From Candidatus Scalinduaceae bacterium (GTDB lineage Bacteria; Planctomycetota; Brocadiia; Brocadiales; Scalinduaceae): a DNA stretch of 34,157 bases. Shown here in pieces: positions 18,051 to 27,587 of this stretch (its first letter is position 1; each line of letters opens with the position of its first letter). Location: NCBI GenBank assembly GCA_046759445.1, contig JBHICG010000035.1, positions 1 to 34,157 on the forward strand, given 5' to 3'. The notes beneath the pieces are model-generated. The model saw only the letters and a program-made list of their open reading frames with translations. It was not told where the DNA came from and did no database searches. The position numbers were made by a program, and so were the translations under genes.

Positions 18051-18407
18051 ATGTTAATAGCTTACTTACCGATTTTAATTATCCTAATAGTAGTAGCTGG
18101 ATTTGCCATTGCTAACATCGTAATATCTGCTCTTCTTGGCCGCCACAAGCCATCTGTAGAAAAACTATCCCCATATGAATGCGGTATAGAACCAACAGGC
18201 GCTGCAAGGGAAAGGTTTTCTGTAAAGTTTTATTTAATAGCTATGATGTTTGTTATCTTCGATATTGAAGTTGTATTTCTTTATCCGTGGGCGGTTGTGT
18301 TCAAGTCGTTACAACTATTTGGCTTAATTGAAATGGCAATATTCATAATAATCTTGCTGATTTGCTATGTGTATATCTGGAAAAGAGGTGGATTTGAATG
18401 GGATTAG
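18051..18407 (+). CDS. nuoA: NADH-quinone oxidoreductase subunit A
   Basis: [29 protein letters not shown]. Confidence 0.97.
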   Translation: MLIAYLPILIILIVVAGFAIANIVISALLGRHKPSVEKLSPYECGIEPTGAARERFSVKFYLIAMMFVIFDIEVVFLYPWAVVFKSLQLFGLIEMAIFIIILLICYVYIWKRGGFEWD

Positions 18408-18883
18408 AAACAGCATTTAGTGATAGTATTCTTACGACAACGGTTGACAAGGTGGTTAATTGGGCCAGAAAAAATGCACTTTGGCCAATGCCTTTCGGAT
18501 TGGCATGTTGTGCAATTGAGATGATGGCTGTAGTAGCGCCAAGATATGATCTGGCTAGATTTGGCGCCGAGGTCTTTAGGTTTTCACCGCGTCAGTCTGA
18601 TTTGATGATAATCGCTGGTACAGTGACTTATAAAATGGCAGCCGTGACGAAGAAGATTTATGACCAGATGCCTGAACCAAAATGGGTAATTGCAATGGGG
18701 GCATGTGCTTCTTCTGGTGGTATTTTTGATACTTATAGTACCGTACAGGGAGTGGATCAAATTATTCCCGTTGATATATACTTGCCGGGATGTCCACCAA
18801 GGCCAGAAGCCTTAATTCATGCAGTGATGGAATTACAAAAGAAAATTGACAAAGAATCTGTTTTGGATAACGGAGCTAAGTAA
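18398..18883 (+). CDS. nuoB: NADH-quinone oxidoreductase subunit B (N2 cluster)
   Basis: [32 protein letters not shown]. Confidence 0.97.
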   Translation: MGLETAFSDSILTTTVDKVVNWARKNALWPMPFGLACCAIEMMAVVAPRYDLARFGAEVFRFSPRQSDLMIIAGTVTYKMAAVTKKIYDQMPEPKWVIAMGACASSGGIFDTYSTVQGVDQIIPVDIYLPGCPPRPEALIHAVMELQKKIDKESVLDNGAK

Positions 18884-18969
18884 ATCCCCCTCATTCCCCC
18901 TTTTTTAAAGGGGGGGGAGGAAGGGGGATTTAACCCATTTTATAAAGGGGGATAGGATATGGGGGATTT
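18881..18969. repeat. C/G-run palindromic REP-like element (family A, copy 2 plus partial copy 3)
   Basis: TAAATCCCCCT-CATT-CCCCCTTTTTTAAAGGGGGGGG-AGGA-AGGGGGATTTA followed by CCCATTTTATAAAGGGGGATAGGATATGGGGGATTT. Confidence 0.8.
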
Positions 18970-18999
18970 GTTAACTTACTTTTTACTATTTTAATTACT

Positions 19000-19506
19000 A
19001 TGACTGAAGAGAACATAATAGAAAAAAACTTAAGAGAGAAATTTCCTGAATCAATATTGGATGTTGAAACTTTTAGAGATGAATTAACCATAAATATAGA
19101 AAAAAATTTTATTGAAAAAGTTGCCAGGTACCTTCGGGACGATGACGAACTGTCTTTTGATTTTCTATCAGATTTGTGCGGCGTGGATAAAACGCGTCTG
19201 GGCGATAACAACACCTTTGAAGTAGTTTATCACCTCTATTCATTAAAGCGAAATCACAGGGTAAGGATTAAAGTACAGATACCTGTTTCAAATCCAACCA
19301 TCAATACTGTTACAAATGTCTGGAATACGGCTAACTGGCATGAGAGAGAGGCTTATGATATGTTTGGAATAATTTTTAAAGGTCATCCAAATTTAGAAAG
19401 AATCTTAACTCCAGATGGTTTTGAAGGACATCCCTTGAGAAAAGATTACCCTCTTAAAGGAAGACAACCAGAATCTTTAAGAGAGACATATAGAAAAGGA
19501 GAATAA
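19000..19506 (+). CDS. nuoC: NADH-quinone oxidoreductase subunit C
   Basis: DLCGVD, ANWHEREAYDMFGI, GHPLRKDYP. Confidence 0.97.
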   Translation: MTEENIIEKNLREKFPESILDVETFRDELTINIEKNFIEKVARYLRDDDELSFDFLSDLCGVDKTRLGDNNTFEVVYHLYSLKRNHRVRIKVQIPVSNPTINTVTNVWNTANWHEREAYDMFGIIFKGHPNLERILTPDGFEGHPLRKDYPLKGRQPESLRETYRKGE

Positions 19507-20681
19507 TGGCAGTAACACAACAGGTGATGACCATTAACATGGGGCCACAACACCCCAGTACACACGGTGTTTTGCGTCTCGTTTTAGAGCTGGACGGAGA
19601 GACAGTAGTTAATGTTACTACTCATGTTGGATTCCTTCACCGTGGCGTAGAAAAGCTGGCCGAACATAAGACATACCATCAATTTATTACACTTACAGAT
19701 CGTTTAGATTATCTGGCACCGATGTCTAATAATCTGGGTTATGTTCTTGCAGTAGAGAAGCTGTTGGAAATAGAAGCACCTAAAAGATCTCAATACATAA
19801 GGGTAATTCTATGTGAATTAACAAGAATCTCTTCTCATCTTTTATGGCTTGCGACACATGCCCTTGATATAGGCGCTATGACTGTGTTTTTTTATTGCTT
19901 CAGAGAAAGGGAGACTCTTTACGACATATTTGAAATGGTTTCAGGAGCGCGTATGAACCTGTCATACGTTAGGATCGGTGGTGTGGCTAGAGACTTACCA
20001 GACGGTTTTATTGAAAAGACAAAGGAATTTATTAATGATTTTCCTTCTAAATTAAAGGATTATGAGACTCTTTTAACAAAAAACAAGATTTGGTTGATGA
20101 GGACAAAAAATGTTGGAGTGATTTCTGCAGAGGATGCAATTGATTATGGATTAAGTGGGCCAAGCATAAGAGGTTCTGGTGTGAAGTGGGATATAAGAAA
20201 ATCAGAGCCTTATTCTTCGTACGATGAATTGGATTTTATAGTGCCTGTCGGTAAAAACGGTGATGTGTTTGATAGGTATATGGTTAGAATTGAAGAAATG
20301 CGTCAGAGCAATGAGATTGTGCGCCAGGCCATAGACAATTTACCTTCAGGTAAATTTATTACGGATGTTCCTGATGTTACGCTTCCTCCGAAAGAAGAAC
20401 TTAAAAGCAGTATGGAATCTTTAATACACCACTTCAAAATAATAACTGATGGCATTTGTCCGCCTGTTGGTGAAGTGTATACCAGTATTGAAGCTCCCAA
20501 GGGAGAACTGGGATTTTACATAGTCAGCGACGGGACAAAAAGCCCTTATAGATTAAAAATTAGACCGCCTTCTTTTGTTAACTTAGAGGCGCTTCAAAAG
20601 ATGGTAGAAGGTCATTTGATTGCTGATGTGGTTGCCGTAATTGGAAGCATAGATATAGTGTTAGGAGAAATTGATCGTTAA
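19506..20681 (+). CDS. nuoD: NADH-quinone oxidoreductase subunit D
   Basis: NMGPQHPSTHGVLRL, RLDY, EAPKGELG, DIVLGEIDR; no NiFe CxxC motifs. Confidence 0.97.
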   Translation: MAVTQQVMTINMGPQHPSTHGVLRLVLELDGETVVNVTTHVGFLHRGVEKLAEHKTYHQFITLTDRLDYLAPMSNNLGYVLAVEKLLEIEAPKRSQYIRVILCELTRISSHLLWLATHALDIGAMTVFFYCFRERETLYDIFEMVSGARMNLSYVRIGGVARDLPDGFIEKTKEFINDFPSKLKDYETLLTKNKIWLMRTKNVGVISAEDAIDYGLSGPSIRGSGVKWDIRKSEPYSSYDELDFIVPVGKNGDVFDRYMVRIEEMRQSNEIVRQAIDNLPSGKFITDVPDVTLPPKEELKSSMESLIHHFKIITDGICPPVGEVYTSIEAPKGELGFYIVSDGTKSPYRLKIRPPSFVNLEALQKMVEGHLIADVVAVIGSIDIVLGEIDR

Positions 20682-20702
20682 CAATTTTAAGATTGCGAGA
20701 AT

Positions 20703-21206
20703 ATGGATACAACAAGCATACAATCAGTGCAGGATGAGACAGTAGATTTTTCCAAGGTAAAAAAGACACTGAAAAACTATGAAAATGTTAATGGGGCCCT
20801 AATCCCTATTTTGCAAAAGATACAGGCTGAATATGGCTATTTACAGGAACCTGTCATCAACTTTATTTCAGAAAGTTTAAATATCAGTGTTACCGAAATT
20901 ATTGGAGTTGCCACATTTTATGCTCAATTTCATTTAAAGCCGCGTGGGAAACATATAATTAAGGTATGTTGTGGAACGGCATGTCATGTCAAAAAGGCCA
21001 AAGGTCTTTCTGCAAAAATTCAGGAAAGGTTCAAGATAAATAAGAATGAAACTACAGAGGATAGGATGTTTACCTTTGAAGAAGTATCTTGTCTGGGAGC
21101 ATGTGGGATAGCTCCAGTTGTTGTAGTTGATAAGGATGTCCACGGCACTCTATCTCCTGATAAACTAGAAGGTATCCTGGATGGATACACGAAGCCTGCG
21201 GTGTAA
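20703..21206 (+). CDS. nuoE: NuoE / HydC-like [2Fe-2S] subunit
   Basis: LIPILQKIQAEYGYL, ATFY, CCGTACHV and CLGAC. Confidence 0.93.
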   Translation: MDTTSIQSVQDETVDFSKVKKTLKNYENVNGALIPILQKIQAEYGYLQEPVINFISESLNISVTEIIGVATFYAQFHLKPRGKHIIKVCCGTACHVKKAKGLSAKIQERFKINKNETTEDRMFTFEEVSCLGACGIAPVVVVDKDVHGTLSPDKLEGILDGYTKPAV

Positions 21207-21278
21207 ACAGGCAATTAGTTATTTAAGCTCATATATAAATAATGATGTTAATAATATGTTAGTTTTCGGAAAGATAAA

Positions 21279-23099
21279 ATGAGTAGTAGAACAAAAAGTT
21301 TAAAAACTAAAAGTAGTGGAAATGGAGACAAATCAGTAGTTTCCGTTTGTCTTGGAACAGGTGGAATTGCGGCTGGGGGCGATAAGGTTTTCGCAAGGTT
21401 TGAGAAAGAAATAAAGAACAAAAAACTGGATACGACCATAGGGAAACGTGTGTGTAAAACAGCAAAGACAGGTTGTAGGGGTTTGTGCGCCAAAGATGTT
21501 CTTGTTGATATTACAGTTCCGGGAATGGAGGCTCTTACCTACGAGAGAGTCACAGTTGACATGATACCTCAAATAGTCGAAGAACATCTGACAAAAAATA
21601 CTCCCGTAAAAAAATGGTTAGCAAAGGATGATTACCACAGATTCCATGAAAATCAACAAAGGCTTGTGCTTGGCAATTGTGGGACAATCGATCCTGAAAA
21701 CATAGATGAATATATAATAAAAGATGGATATAAAGCGCTTAAAAAAGTATTAACTAAAATGACTCCAAAAGAAGTAATAGACGAGATAAGCAAAGCTGGC
21801 CTTAGAGGTCGTGGCGGTGGTGGTTTTGAGACTGGCTGGAAATGGGAGTCATGTGCCAAATATGACGCGGATGAAAAGTATATTATTTGTAATGGTGATG
21901 AAGGTGACCCCGGGGCATTTATGGACAGAAGTATTATGGAGGGAGACCCTCATGCACTGCTGGAAGGTATGATTGTTGCAGGCTATGCCATAAGTGCTAC
22001 AAGCGGTTATATATATGTGCGTGCTGAGTATCCACTCGCTGTAGAACGATTACATATTGCGATTCGACAAGCGAAGGAAAAGGGATTTTTGGGAAAGAAT
22101 ATTCAAGGGAGTAATTATAGCCTTGATATCATAATAAAAGAAGGAGCAGGTGCCTTTGTTTGTGGCGAGTCGACTGCTTTGCAATATTCTATTGAAGGTA
22201 AACGCGGTATGCCTCGAACCCGACCTCCACAATCTGTAGAGGCAGGCTTGTGGGATAAACCAACCTGTTTGAATAACGTAGAAACATTCACAAATGTACC
22301 CATTATCATTAATAGAGGTGCGAAATGGTATTCTAATATCGGGACTGAAAAGAGTAAGGGCACAAAGATATTTGCACTTACTGGAAACGTCAAAAATACA
22401 GGCCTAATCGAGGTTCCAATGGGTATAACCATAAGAGAGATTGTATTTGACATTGGTGGCGGAATTCCGAAGAAGAAAAAATTCAAGGCCGTACAGATTG
22501 GAGGACCTTCAGGTGGTTGTTTGCCAGAATCATATCTTGATTCTCCCATAGACTTTGAATCACTACTCGAAGCTGGCGCTATGATGGGGTCCGGAAGTCT
22601 TGTTGTGGTAGATGAAACTACATGTATGGTAGATATGGCAAGATTTTTCCTTGATTTTTGCGCAAACGAATCTTGTGGTAAATGTCCTCCATGTAGGATT
22701 GGGACAACTCTTATGCTGGATATTCTCATCAGGATTACACAGGGAGAAGGTAAGGAAGAAGACCTGGATGTATTAGAGCAAATGAGTGATGAGATAATTA
22801 CTATGTCTCTTTGTGGATTAGGGCAATCGGCGCCAAATCCTGTCAAATCTACTATTAGGTATTTTCGTGATGAATATCTAGCACATATTCGAGATAAGGA
22901 ATGTCCAACAGCGACGTGTGTTGCGCTTCATAAATACACGGTTATTTCCGACAAATGCACAAAATGCATGCTTTGCGTTAAAAACTGTCCAGTGCAAGCA
23001 ATCACAGGATCACGTGACAAAGTTGCATTTATTGACAAAGAAAAATGTATTGAATGTAATCTGTGTTATGAAAAATGTAATTTTATGGCGATAAAATGA
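21279..23099 (+). CDS. nuoF: Extended NuoF / HydB-like flavoprotein (N-terminal thioredoxin-like domain, FMN/NAD(P)H site, N3, C-terminal 2x[4Fe-4S])
   Basis: 606 aa; GRGGGGF, CNGDEGDPGAFMDR, GAGAFVCGESTAL, GGPSGG, ESCGKCPPCR..SLCGLG, CTKCMLCVKNCP, CIECNLCYEKC. Confidence 0.93.
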   Translation: MSSRTKSLKTKSSGNGDKSVVSVCLGTGGIAAGGDKVFARFEKEIKNKKLDTTIGKRVCKTAKTGCRGLCAKDVLVDITVPGMEALTYERVTVDMIPQIVEEHLTKNTPVKKWLAKDDYHRFHENQQRLVLGNCGTIDPENIDEYIIKDGYKALKKVLTKMTPKEVIDEISKAGLRGRGGGGFETGWKWESCAKYDADEKYIICNGDEGDPGAFMDRSIMEGDPHALLEGMIVAGYAISATSGYIYVRAEYPLAVERLHIAIRQAKEKGFLGKNIQGSNYSLDIIIKEGAGAFVCGESTALQYSIEGKRGMPRTRPPQSVEAGLWDKPTCLNNVETFTNVPIIINRGAKWYSNIGTEKSKGTKIFALTGNVKNTGLIEVPMGITIREIVFDIGGGIPKKKKFKAVQIGGPSGGCLPESYLDSPIDFESLLEAGAMMGSGSLVVVDETTCMVDMARFFLDFCANESCGKCPPCRIGTTLMLDILIRITQGEGKEEDLDVLEQMSDEIITMSLCGLGQSAPNPVKSTIRYFRDEYLAHIRDKECPTATCVALHKYTVISDKCTKCMLCVKNCPVQAITGSRDKVAFIDKEKCIECNLCYEKCNFMAIK

Positions 23100-25738
23100 C
23101 AATGATTAATCTTAAAATTGATGATAAGGATGTGAGTGTTTCCAAAGGCACGAATATTTTTATGGCTGCAAGGAATAACGGGATCTATATTCCCGGATTA
23201 TGCTATCATCCAAAATTGACTCAGTACGGTGGGTGTAGACTTTGTATGGTTGAGGTAACTGAACGTGGAAGGACCAGGCATAGATTTTCCTGTGCACAAC
23301 CTGTATCTGAAGGAATGGAAGTAAAAACTAAAACTCCCAAGACAAAAAAGTATACGAAGTCTGTTATGGAATATCTACTGGCACACCACCCGCTAGATTG
23401 CCCAACATGCGATAAATCGGGAGAGTGCGGTCTGCAGGATGTTACGCATGATCTAAAATTATCAACAGGAAGATTTAAGACTGTAAGGATGGACGAACCG
23501 ATGAGAAGAGATAATCCTCTCTTGGAATTAAATGTAAATCGCTGTATCCTGTGTGGTAGATGTGTTAAGGTGTGTAAAGAAATTGAGGGTGTTGGCGCAA
23601 TAGATTATCAGAATAGAGGGTTTAAGACCGTTATTGGAACCGCTTTTAATAAGCCGTTGGATTGTAGTTTTTGTGGTGGTTGCGTATCAGTGTGTCCAAC
23701 AGGTTCGTGGCAGGATAGAACACTTAAATTTAGAGCCAGGCCATGGGAATTGAAAACAACATCAACGATTTGTACATACTGTGCTGTTGGATGTACTGTA
23801 GTATTAAATTCCAAGAATGATAAGGTAATGAGAATAACATCAGATGATGCTTTGGGCATAAACGAAGGTAATCTATGTGTGAAGGGGAAATTCGGCCACG
23901 AGTTTATTAATTCAAGTAGACGAGTTAAGACCCCATTAATTAGAAAGATTGGTATATTGTGTCCGACATCATGGGATGAGGCACTTGACTACGTATCAAA
24001 AAAATTCAGTGAAATCATAAACAAACATGGAGGAAAGGCACTAGGTGGTATTGGTTCTGAAAAATGTAGCAATGAAGATAATTATGTGTTTCAGAAATTC
24101 TGCAGGTCTGTGTTAGGAACTAATAATATAGATAATATGGCGAATTTAAAGTCGCCTTCGTTGAATCGATTGATTCAGTATTCTATTAAGAATGGGATTG
24201 CAACGACATCACTGGAAGAAATAGAAAACGCAGACACATTATTTTTTGTGGGGGCAGATGTAACCGAAGCGCATCCTGTGATTGGGAACATGGCGAGAAA
24301 AGCAATAAGATTGAACAAATCAAAACTAATCATTGCGAACGTAAGAAATGTTGAATTCAATAGCATCGCAAAAAAGGATGTGCGTCTTAATTATGCTATA
24401 GGTAGTCAAACCGCCTTAATTAACTCATTAATTAAGGTGATTATTGATGAAAAACTTATAGACATAAAGAAAGTTGAAAGCTCAACGGAAAATTTCAAAG
24501 AATTACGTTCCATGCTAAAAACATTTGCTATAAAGAAGGCGTCTAAATTAACGAATGTTCCTGAAGATAGCATAAAAAGAGCGTCTGTTTTATTAACAGA
24601 ACATGGAAATTGTTATATTATCTGTGGCAAAGATATAGAGGAAGATACACATGGTGAGGATACAATTAAAGCCCTGATGAATCTTAGTGTATTGCTAAAT
24701 GCCGTTTATAGTTTAAAACCTGGTGGCGGCAGGGTCTCACTTCTGTTTTCAAGAACTAACAATAATTCTCAGGGCGTAAATGATATGGGTGTTGTTCCTG
24801 ATTTCTTACCTGGTTATCTCGATATAAATGACCCGACAAATAGAAAAAAGGTGGAAGAATCATGGGGGATGAAATTATCTGATGATGTCTATAAGAAGGA
24901 CTCTAAAGATGTTTTTGATCTTGCCTTAAGTAATAAAGTAAAAGCTTTCTATGTCATGGGAGAAAACCCCATCGTAAGTTATCCAAATGGCAAGAAGGCA
25001 AAAGAAGCCTTTCAAAAAGCCGATTTTGTAGTTGTACAGGATAACTTCCTAACTGAAACCGCACAAATTGCAGATGTTGTTCTTCCCACCTCAACGTATG
25101 CTGAAAAGGAAGGCACATTTACGAACATGGGGATGACTGTGCAACGTTTGAACAAGGCCATACAGCAGATGGGAGATTCTAAACCTGATTGGCAGATTAT
25201 ATGTGACTTAGCCAAAAAGATGGGGGATTCATACTCGTATATATCTCCTAAAGAGATTATGAGTGAAGTAGGAAATAGTGTTTCTATATATGAAGGAATT
25301 GAAAATAACAATTTGGAAAAGGAAGGTTTTCGTTGGATATCTTCAATATACAATAAATGTGAACCTGTAAAGTATAAATTTGAAATTTTCAAGTCAGAAC
25401 CTTTGATTATGAAGGAAAGCAAAAAATATCCGTTCATATTATTAACAGGTCATAGTTTAAATCATCAAGGTACTTTTTCTAGAAATTCGAGTTCTCTTGT
25501 TTCAGTTGCTTCTGAATGTTTTGTGGAAATTAATAAAAAAAATGCGCAAAAGGCAAATATCAAGGATGGAGAGATGGTAATAATTGAGTCTGCGCAGGAC
25601 AAGATAAAACTCAAGGCAAAGACCACAAGCAGAGTACCTGAAGGCGCTGTTTTTGTTTCTGAGGATTATGAGTGGGCGCCTATTAACAATTTGCGTAATA
25701 ATGGATACACAAATGTAAAAATTTCTAAGGCTTACTAA
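23096..25738 (+). CDS. nuoG: NuoG / formate dehydrogenase alpha-like Fe-S subunit lacking the catalytic Cys/Sec
   Basis: 880 aa; [2Fe-2S] C..CRLC..C; HHPLDCPTCDKSGEC; CILCGRCVKVC + CSFCGGCVSVCP; CTYCAVGC..LCVKG; molybdopterin-fold domain ADVVLP..AEKEGTFTN. Confidence 0.88.
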   Translation: MTMINLKIDDKDVSVSKGTNIFMAARNNGIYIPGLCYHPKLTQYGGCRLCMVEVTERGRTRHRFSCAQPVSEGMEVKTKTPKTKKYTKSVMEYLLAHHPLDCPTCDKSGECGLQDVTHDLKLSTGRFKTVRMDEPMRRDNPLLELNVNRCILCGRCVKVCKEIEGVGAIDYQNRGFKTVIGTAFNKPLDCSFCGGCVSVCPTGSWQDRTLKFRARPWELKTTSTICTYCAVGCTVVLNSKNDKVMRITSDDALGINEGNLCVKGKFGHEFINSSRRVKTPLIRKIGILCPTSWDEALDYVSKKFSEIINKHGGKALGGIGSEKCSNEDNYVFQKFCRSVLGTNNIDNMANLKSPSLNRLIQYSIKNGIATTSLEEIENADTLFFVGADVTEAHPVIGNMARKAIRLNKSKLIIANVRNVEFNSIAKKDVRLNYAIGSQTALINSLIKVIIDEKLIDIKKVESSTENFKELRSMLKTFAIKKASKLTNVPEDSIKRASVLLTEHGNCYIICGKDIEEDTHGEDTIKALMNLSVLLNAVYSLKPGGGRVSLLFSRTNNNSQGVNDMGVVPDFLPGYLDINDPTNRKKVEESWGMKLSDDVYKKDSKDVFDLALSNKVKAFYVMGENPIVSYPNGKKAKEAFQKADFVVVQDNFLTETAQIADVVLPTSTYAEKEGTFTNMGMTVQRLNKAIQQMGDSKPDWQIICDLAKKMGDSYSYISPKEIMSEVGNSVSIYEGIENNNLEKEGFRWISSIYNKCEPVKYKFEIFKSEPLIMKESKKYPFILLTGHSLNHQGTFSRNSSSLVSVASECFVEINKKNAQKANIKDGEMVIIESAQDKIKLKAKTTSRVPEGAVFVSEDYEWAPINNLRNNGYTNVKISKAY

Positions 25739-25744
25739 TAATAA

Positions 25745-26026
25745 ATGGGAAATAAAGGACAAACATATTTTTGTGAAATTTGCAGACAAAAGGTAGAGGT
25801 TGTTGAAGATGGTTTTGGAGTGCTTGTATGCTGTGGTGAAGAGATGAAGCTGGTTGGAGAAAAAGGTATGATGGCTACCTGGACATCAGCACATCCTAAG
25901 CCAGATGGAGGTGTGATTTATGTCTGCAATGAATGTGGCCAGAAGATAAGGGTTGTGGAAGAAACTACTGGCATATTGGAATGTTGTGGCCAAAGAATGC
26001 AACGCAATGAGGTAGGTGTCAACTAA
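25745..26026 (+). CDS. Tandem (two-domain) desulforedoxin-like Fe(Cys)4 protein
   Basis: YFCEICRQKVEVVEDGFGVLVCCGEEM and YVCNECGQKIRVVEETTGILECCGQRM, two CxxC-x15-CC motifs; starts 6 nt after the nuoG stop. Confidence 0.88.
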   Translation: MGNKGQTYFCEICRQKVEVVEDGFGVLVCCGEEMKLVGEKGMMATWTSAHPKPDGGVIYVCNECGQKIRVVEETTGILECCGQRMQRNEVGVN

Positions 26027-26135
26027 TTGGGGAAATGTTTTGGAGATTCTGTAGCCGTATTGGGCGGGCCTACATGATCGGGAATCTATTTTCGGATCAA
26101 AATGCAATAAATTTGTGACCAACGGGAGCTAATTT

Positions 26136-27128
26136 ATGTTAGACGCGATTATATTCACTATAATTGCAACGATTAAGATAGCCATAGTCATTGGTTTACT
26201 CCTTATTGCCATTGCGTATCTTATATGGGTAGAACGCAAAGTCATGGCTCATATGCAGGTAAGACTTGGACCTATGAGAGTAGGATGGCATGGTTTGCTA
26301 CAGCCCATAGCAGACGGACTCAAATTAATATTCAAGGAAGACATCATCCCGACTAATGCTGATAAGACTATATTCGTGCTTGCACCAGTAATAGCTACTG
26401 TTCCAGCACTCATGACGTTTGCTGTTATTCCTTTTGGAGATAAGATAAGCATAATGGGACTTAATATTGATATGGTCATAACAGACGTGAATATAGGCAT
26501 ACTTTACATCCTTGCAATTACGTCTATGGGTGTTTATGGCGTTGTATTAGCAGGATGGTCCTCAAATAATAAATATTCTTTATTGGGTGGATTGAGGTCT
26601 GCTGCGCAGATGATTAGCTATGAGCTTTCACTAGGTCTTGCGCTGATAGGTGTCCTCATGATTACACAATCACTGAGCCTTGTTGACATTGTAAATGCGC
26701 AAGCCAAATGCTGGTTTGTAATATTACAGCCTATAGGTTTTCTTATATATGCCATAAGCGCCATTGCTGAAGTAAACAGATGCCCGTTTGATTTGCCAGA
26801 AGCGGAGACAGAACTGGTTGCAGGATTCCATACCGAATACAGCAGCATGAAGTTTGCCCTTTTCTTCATGGCTGAATATGCCAATATCGTAACTGTTTCT
26901 GCTATTGCCGTTACTTTCTTCTTTGGTGGATGGAGAGGCCCATTCCTCCCGCCTGTGGTTTGGTTTTTAATCAAGTTAGCTCTGTGCATATTCTTTTTTA
27001 TATGGTTAAGGTCTACATATCCTAGATTTAGATATGATCAGCTAATGAAATTTGGGTGGAAATTCCTACTGCCTGTTGCCTTAGCAAATATCCTGCTTAC
27101 AGGATTGGTAATGGTCTTGATACAGTAA
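26136..27128 (+). CDS. nuoH: NADH-quinone oxidoreductase subunit H
   Basis: [52 protein letters not shown]. Confidence 0.97.
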   Translation: MLDAIIFTIIATIKIAIVIGLLLIAIAYLIWVERKVMAHMQVRLGPMRVGWHGLLQPIADGLKLIFKEDIIPTNADKTIFVLAPVIATVPALMTFAVIPFGDKISIMGLNIDMVITDVNIGILYILAITSMGVYGVVLAGWSSNNKYSLLGGLRSAAQMISYELSLGLALIGVLMITQSLSLVDIVNAQAKCWFVILQPIGFLIYAISAIAEVNRCPFDLPEAETELVAGFHTEYSSMKFALFFMAEYANIVTVSAIAVTFFFGGWRGPFLPPVVWFLIKLALCIFFFIWLRSTYPRFRYDQLMKFGWKFLLPVALANILLTGLVMVLIQ

Positions 27129-27153
27129 TTTGTGATATTTTGAGGAAATTTAA

Positions 27154-27573
27154 ATGATAAAACCATTGATTCAGGGTTTAGCGCTTACATTGAAACATTT
27201 TTTAAGACCATCCAAGGTCATCACAATGCAATATCCTGATGAAAGATGGACGCCTTATCCACGTTTTAGGGGGTTGCATGAATTACAGAGGGATGAAAAT
27301 GGCAAGGAGAAATGTGTGGCGTGTGGACTTTGTTCGACAGTTTGTCCCGCAGAGTGTATTTCTATCGAAGGCACAGAAAATGAGCAAGGAGAACGGTACG
27401 CAGAGGTTTATGAAATAAATATGCTCAGATGTATTTTTTGCGGATATTGCGAGGAAGTATGTCCTGAGGATGCCATCTTCTTAAGACAAAATTACGAGCT
27501 GGCTTCTGAAGACTTAAAAGACCATATTTATACAAAAGAAAAGTTACTGGTTCCTTTAAGGAAAAACAAATAA
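27154..27573 (+). CDS. nuoI: NADH-quinone oxidoreductase subunit I
   Basis: CVACGLCSTVCP and CIFCGYCEEVCP. Confidence 0.97.
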   Translation: MIKPLIQGLALTLKHFLRPSKVITMQYPDERWTPYPRFRGLHELQRDENGKEKCVACGLCSTVCPAECISIEGTENEQGERYAEVYEINMLRCIFCGYCEEVCPEDAIFLRQNYELASEDLKDHIYTKEKLLVPLRKNK

Positions 27574-27587
27574 ATTAAGGTATTTCC

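Noticed and set aside
19506..20681. Group 4 NiFe-hydrogenase large subunit
   Set aside because: No Ni-binding CxxC motifs; quinone-site His and Tyr present, so NuoD
22115..22846. 243-aa minus-strand ORF and other antisense or off-frame ORFs within nuo genes
   Set aside because: Shadows of conserved coding sequence
24125..24160. Selenocysteine formate dehydrogenase
   Set aside because: No in-frame TGA or Cys at the catalytic position
25745..26026. Superoxide reductase (desulfoferrodoxin)
   Set aside because: Lacks the EKH(V)P and His4Cys catalytic domain; only desulforedoxin repeats
26050..26098. Weak palindromes between the desulforedoxin gene and nuoH
   Set aside because: Too degenerate to call as a REP or terminator
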